Source: Octopus sinensis
Taxonomy: Eukaryota
Direction of reading: 5' to 3'
Assembly: GCF_006345805.1 (NCBI RefSeq)
Contig: NW_021824363.1
Coordinates: 1 to 19,050 of the forward strand
Length of the DNA stretch: 19,050 nucleotides
Shown here: positions 17,422-19,050 of the stretch, piece after piece
How the letters are laid out: each line of letters begins with the position of its first letter
How positions within the stretch are numbered: position 1 is the first letter of the stretch
Position numbers and translations under genes: made by a program
Notes under the pieces: model-generated
Databases searched by the model: none
What the model was told of the DNA's origin: nothing
The model's input: the letters and a program-made list of their open reading frames with translations, nothing else

Positions 17422-17785
17422 TTCTCTTTTATTATTTTATTTGTATCAGTCGTTCGACTGCGGCCATGCTAGGGCACCGCCTTTAGTCGAGCAAATCGAC
17501 CCCAGGACTTATTCTTTGTAAGCCTAGTACTTATTCTATCGGTTTCTTTTGCCAAACCGCTAAGTTACGGGGACCTAAACACACCAGCACCGGTTGTCAA
17601 GCGATGTTGGTGGGGACAAACACAGACATATATACGACGGGCTTCATTCAGTTTCCACTCACAAGGCTTTGGTCGGCCAGAGGCTATAATAAAAACACCT
17701 GCCCAAGTTGCCACGCAGTGGGACTGAAACCGGAACCATGTGGTTGGTAAGCAAGCTACTTACCACACAGCCACACCTACACCTA
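17422..17785 (-). mobile_element. Family A composite SINE
   Basis: Colinear with the other A copies; head GTGTGGCTGTGTGGTAAGTAGCTTGCTTACCAACCACATGG on the - strand. Confidence 0.92.
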
Positions 17786-17884
17786 TGTAAGTATAAAACA
17801 GATTTCGTTTCGATCTTGTAAATATGTCTGAACAAATATCGTTACATATGTGCATATGTGTGTCTGTGTTCGTGGGTGAGTGCG

Positions 17885-17970
17885 TGTGTATATAAAAATA
17901 TATATTTATATATGTATATATATATATATAATATGTATGTATGTATATATATATACATATATATATATAC
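17885..17970. repeat. (TA)n microsatellite
   Basis: Direct inspection. Confidence 0.9.
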
Positions 17971-19050
17971 ACTTATATAAACTATACCACAAAAAGGAAC
18001 GTGGCACACATACTAAATATAAACCGGTTTATTAACAGACTGTCATAGCATTAATTGAAGAGTGCTAATTAAGACAAATCGTTCTTTCATAATGATAAAA
18101 CGTCATTTCCTGGATCATTGTAACGTCACATGGTATCATGTGATGATGGAGTGTCCTGAATCCTACCGTTAGCGTTGATTACCGCTATGCATCTTATGTA
18201 TATTAAATGCACTAAAAGATTGATGAAGGCCCTGAGGATAGAAGCCCACACTCTTTTAAAACTTGCAGTGAGTTGTGCTTCAATTGACGGATGTCAGTTA
18301 GCCCTCTTTGAGCTTCGTCCTATAGAGCAGGCCTTGGCAGTGTCTGGATGCTGTGCTGTTGGATGAAGTCTGTTGTCAAACTGGCAGTATTGGTACGGGG
18401 GCTGTCGTGTTGGAAAACATGATTCTGATGATGGGCGAAGTATGACACAACGTGAGGCCTCAACCACTGGTCGATGTAGCGAGCAGCGGCTACTCTATAA
18501 CCCCGGCCTTTGCCGATGTTTTCGAAGACCACCGCTCTACATTTCTGGTTCAGTGCAATCCCGCTCCATATCAGGATGCCCTGGCTTCCCCATGGGTCCC
18601 TCTCCACCAAACAGCGATCGGCATGGCGTTCACCCCTTCTTCTCCAAACCATAGCTCTGCCATCTGCCACAGAGATGCAATATCGACTGTCGCCAGAGAA
18701 GACTACATTCGTCCACTGCTGATATCGCCAAGTCTGACATCTTTGAGCGCACTGCAGACGTGCCCGCTGATGACGATCAGTGTAGATGGAACCTCTAGCA
18801 GGACGTCCACAAGACAGATTGGAAGATCTCAGCCGTCGGTGAACTGTCTCTGCACCAATAGGTCTGTGGTGAGTCCCTATGGTCTGCCTAGCTGATTCCG
18901 CTGACTTCCGGAATCGGTTCTGTAAGTGCTGTCGGTGCAGGCAGCAATCTTGGCGTACCGTTGTAACACTCAGCCGGACTAGGCGTGGACGATCATCCGA
19001 TTGTATCGTCCCCTTAGCCGCTAAAGTGCCCGAATACTGCAGTTGAAATC
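17968..19050 (-). mobile_element. Tc1-like DNA transposon; its terminal inverted repeat probably lies near 17968-18010
   Basis: Transposase remnant, AATAAA on the - strand (18028-18033), element ends in a TA array; the partner TIR is outside the window, so the boundary is approximate. Confidence 0.7.
18150..19050 (-). pseudogene. Tc1/mariner (DD34E-type) transposase pseudogene, N-terminus beyond the window
   Basis: DDRPR..VTTVRQD..TVHRRLR..RP..RARLQCA..W..QWTNVVFSGDSRY..DGRAMVWRRRGER..IWSGI..RYI..VFQHDSPR..LPRPA, then after a deletion RVWASI..INLL..RCIAVINANG; colinear with Tc1 transposases. Confidence 0.95.

Noticed and set aside
18452-18895. 147-aa plus-strand ORF
   Set aside because: Antisense shadow of the Tc1 transposase frame.

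Overview
Repeat-dominated eukaryotic DNA, most likely from an octopus or other cephalopod. This is inferred from long interrupted (TA)n arrays, abundant tRNA-headed SINEs of the kind I recall from Octopus, and a cephalopod-type mitochondrial 16S fragment. I could not identify any host protein-coding gene. The main structure is a fossil Helitron on the + strand (RepHel reading frame about 5200-8265, putative 3' CTAG|T end at 8326-8330). It retains an MPRKRK N-terminus, 69-bp (23-aa) STPR-like repeats, the zinc-finger and pre-Rep motifs, and the extreme helicase C-terminus, but the HUH/Y2 catalytic core and most of the helicase are deleted. Three later insertions lie inside its frame: an unclassified CT-rich ~430-bp segment (17-bp TSD), a V-type SINE (13-bp TSD) and a ~100-bp mitochondrial 16S NUMT placed in the zinc finger between AATGAA microhomologies. 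A further SINE (16-bp TSD) sits just upstream of the ATG. A probable intron holds a GC-rich 10-mer array, and a ~100-bp inverted repeat lies upstream. The rest of the window holds about 20 SINE copies from roughly six families, including nested copies and head-to-tail dimers with a recurring junction. It also has a Tc1/mariner transposase pseudogene on the - strand running off the right edge, and a small YY1/CRE motif cluster near 17.1 kb. All alignments were done by eye, so identities are approximate and family names come from memory.
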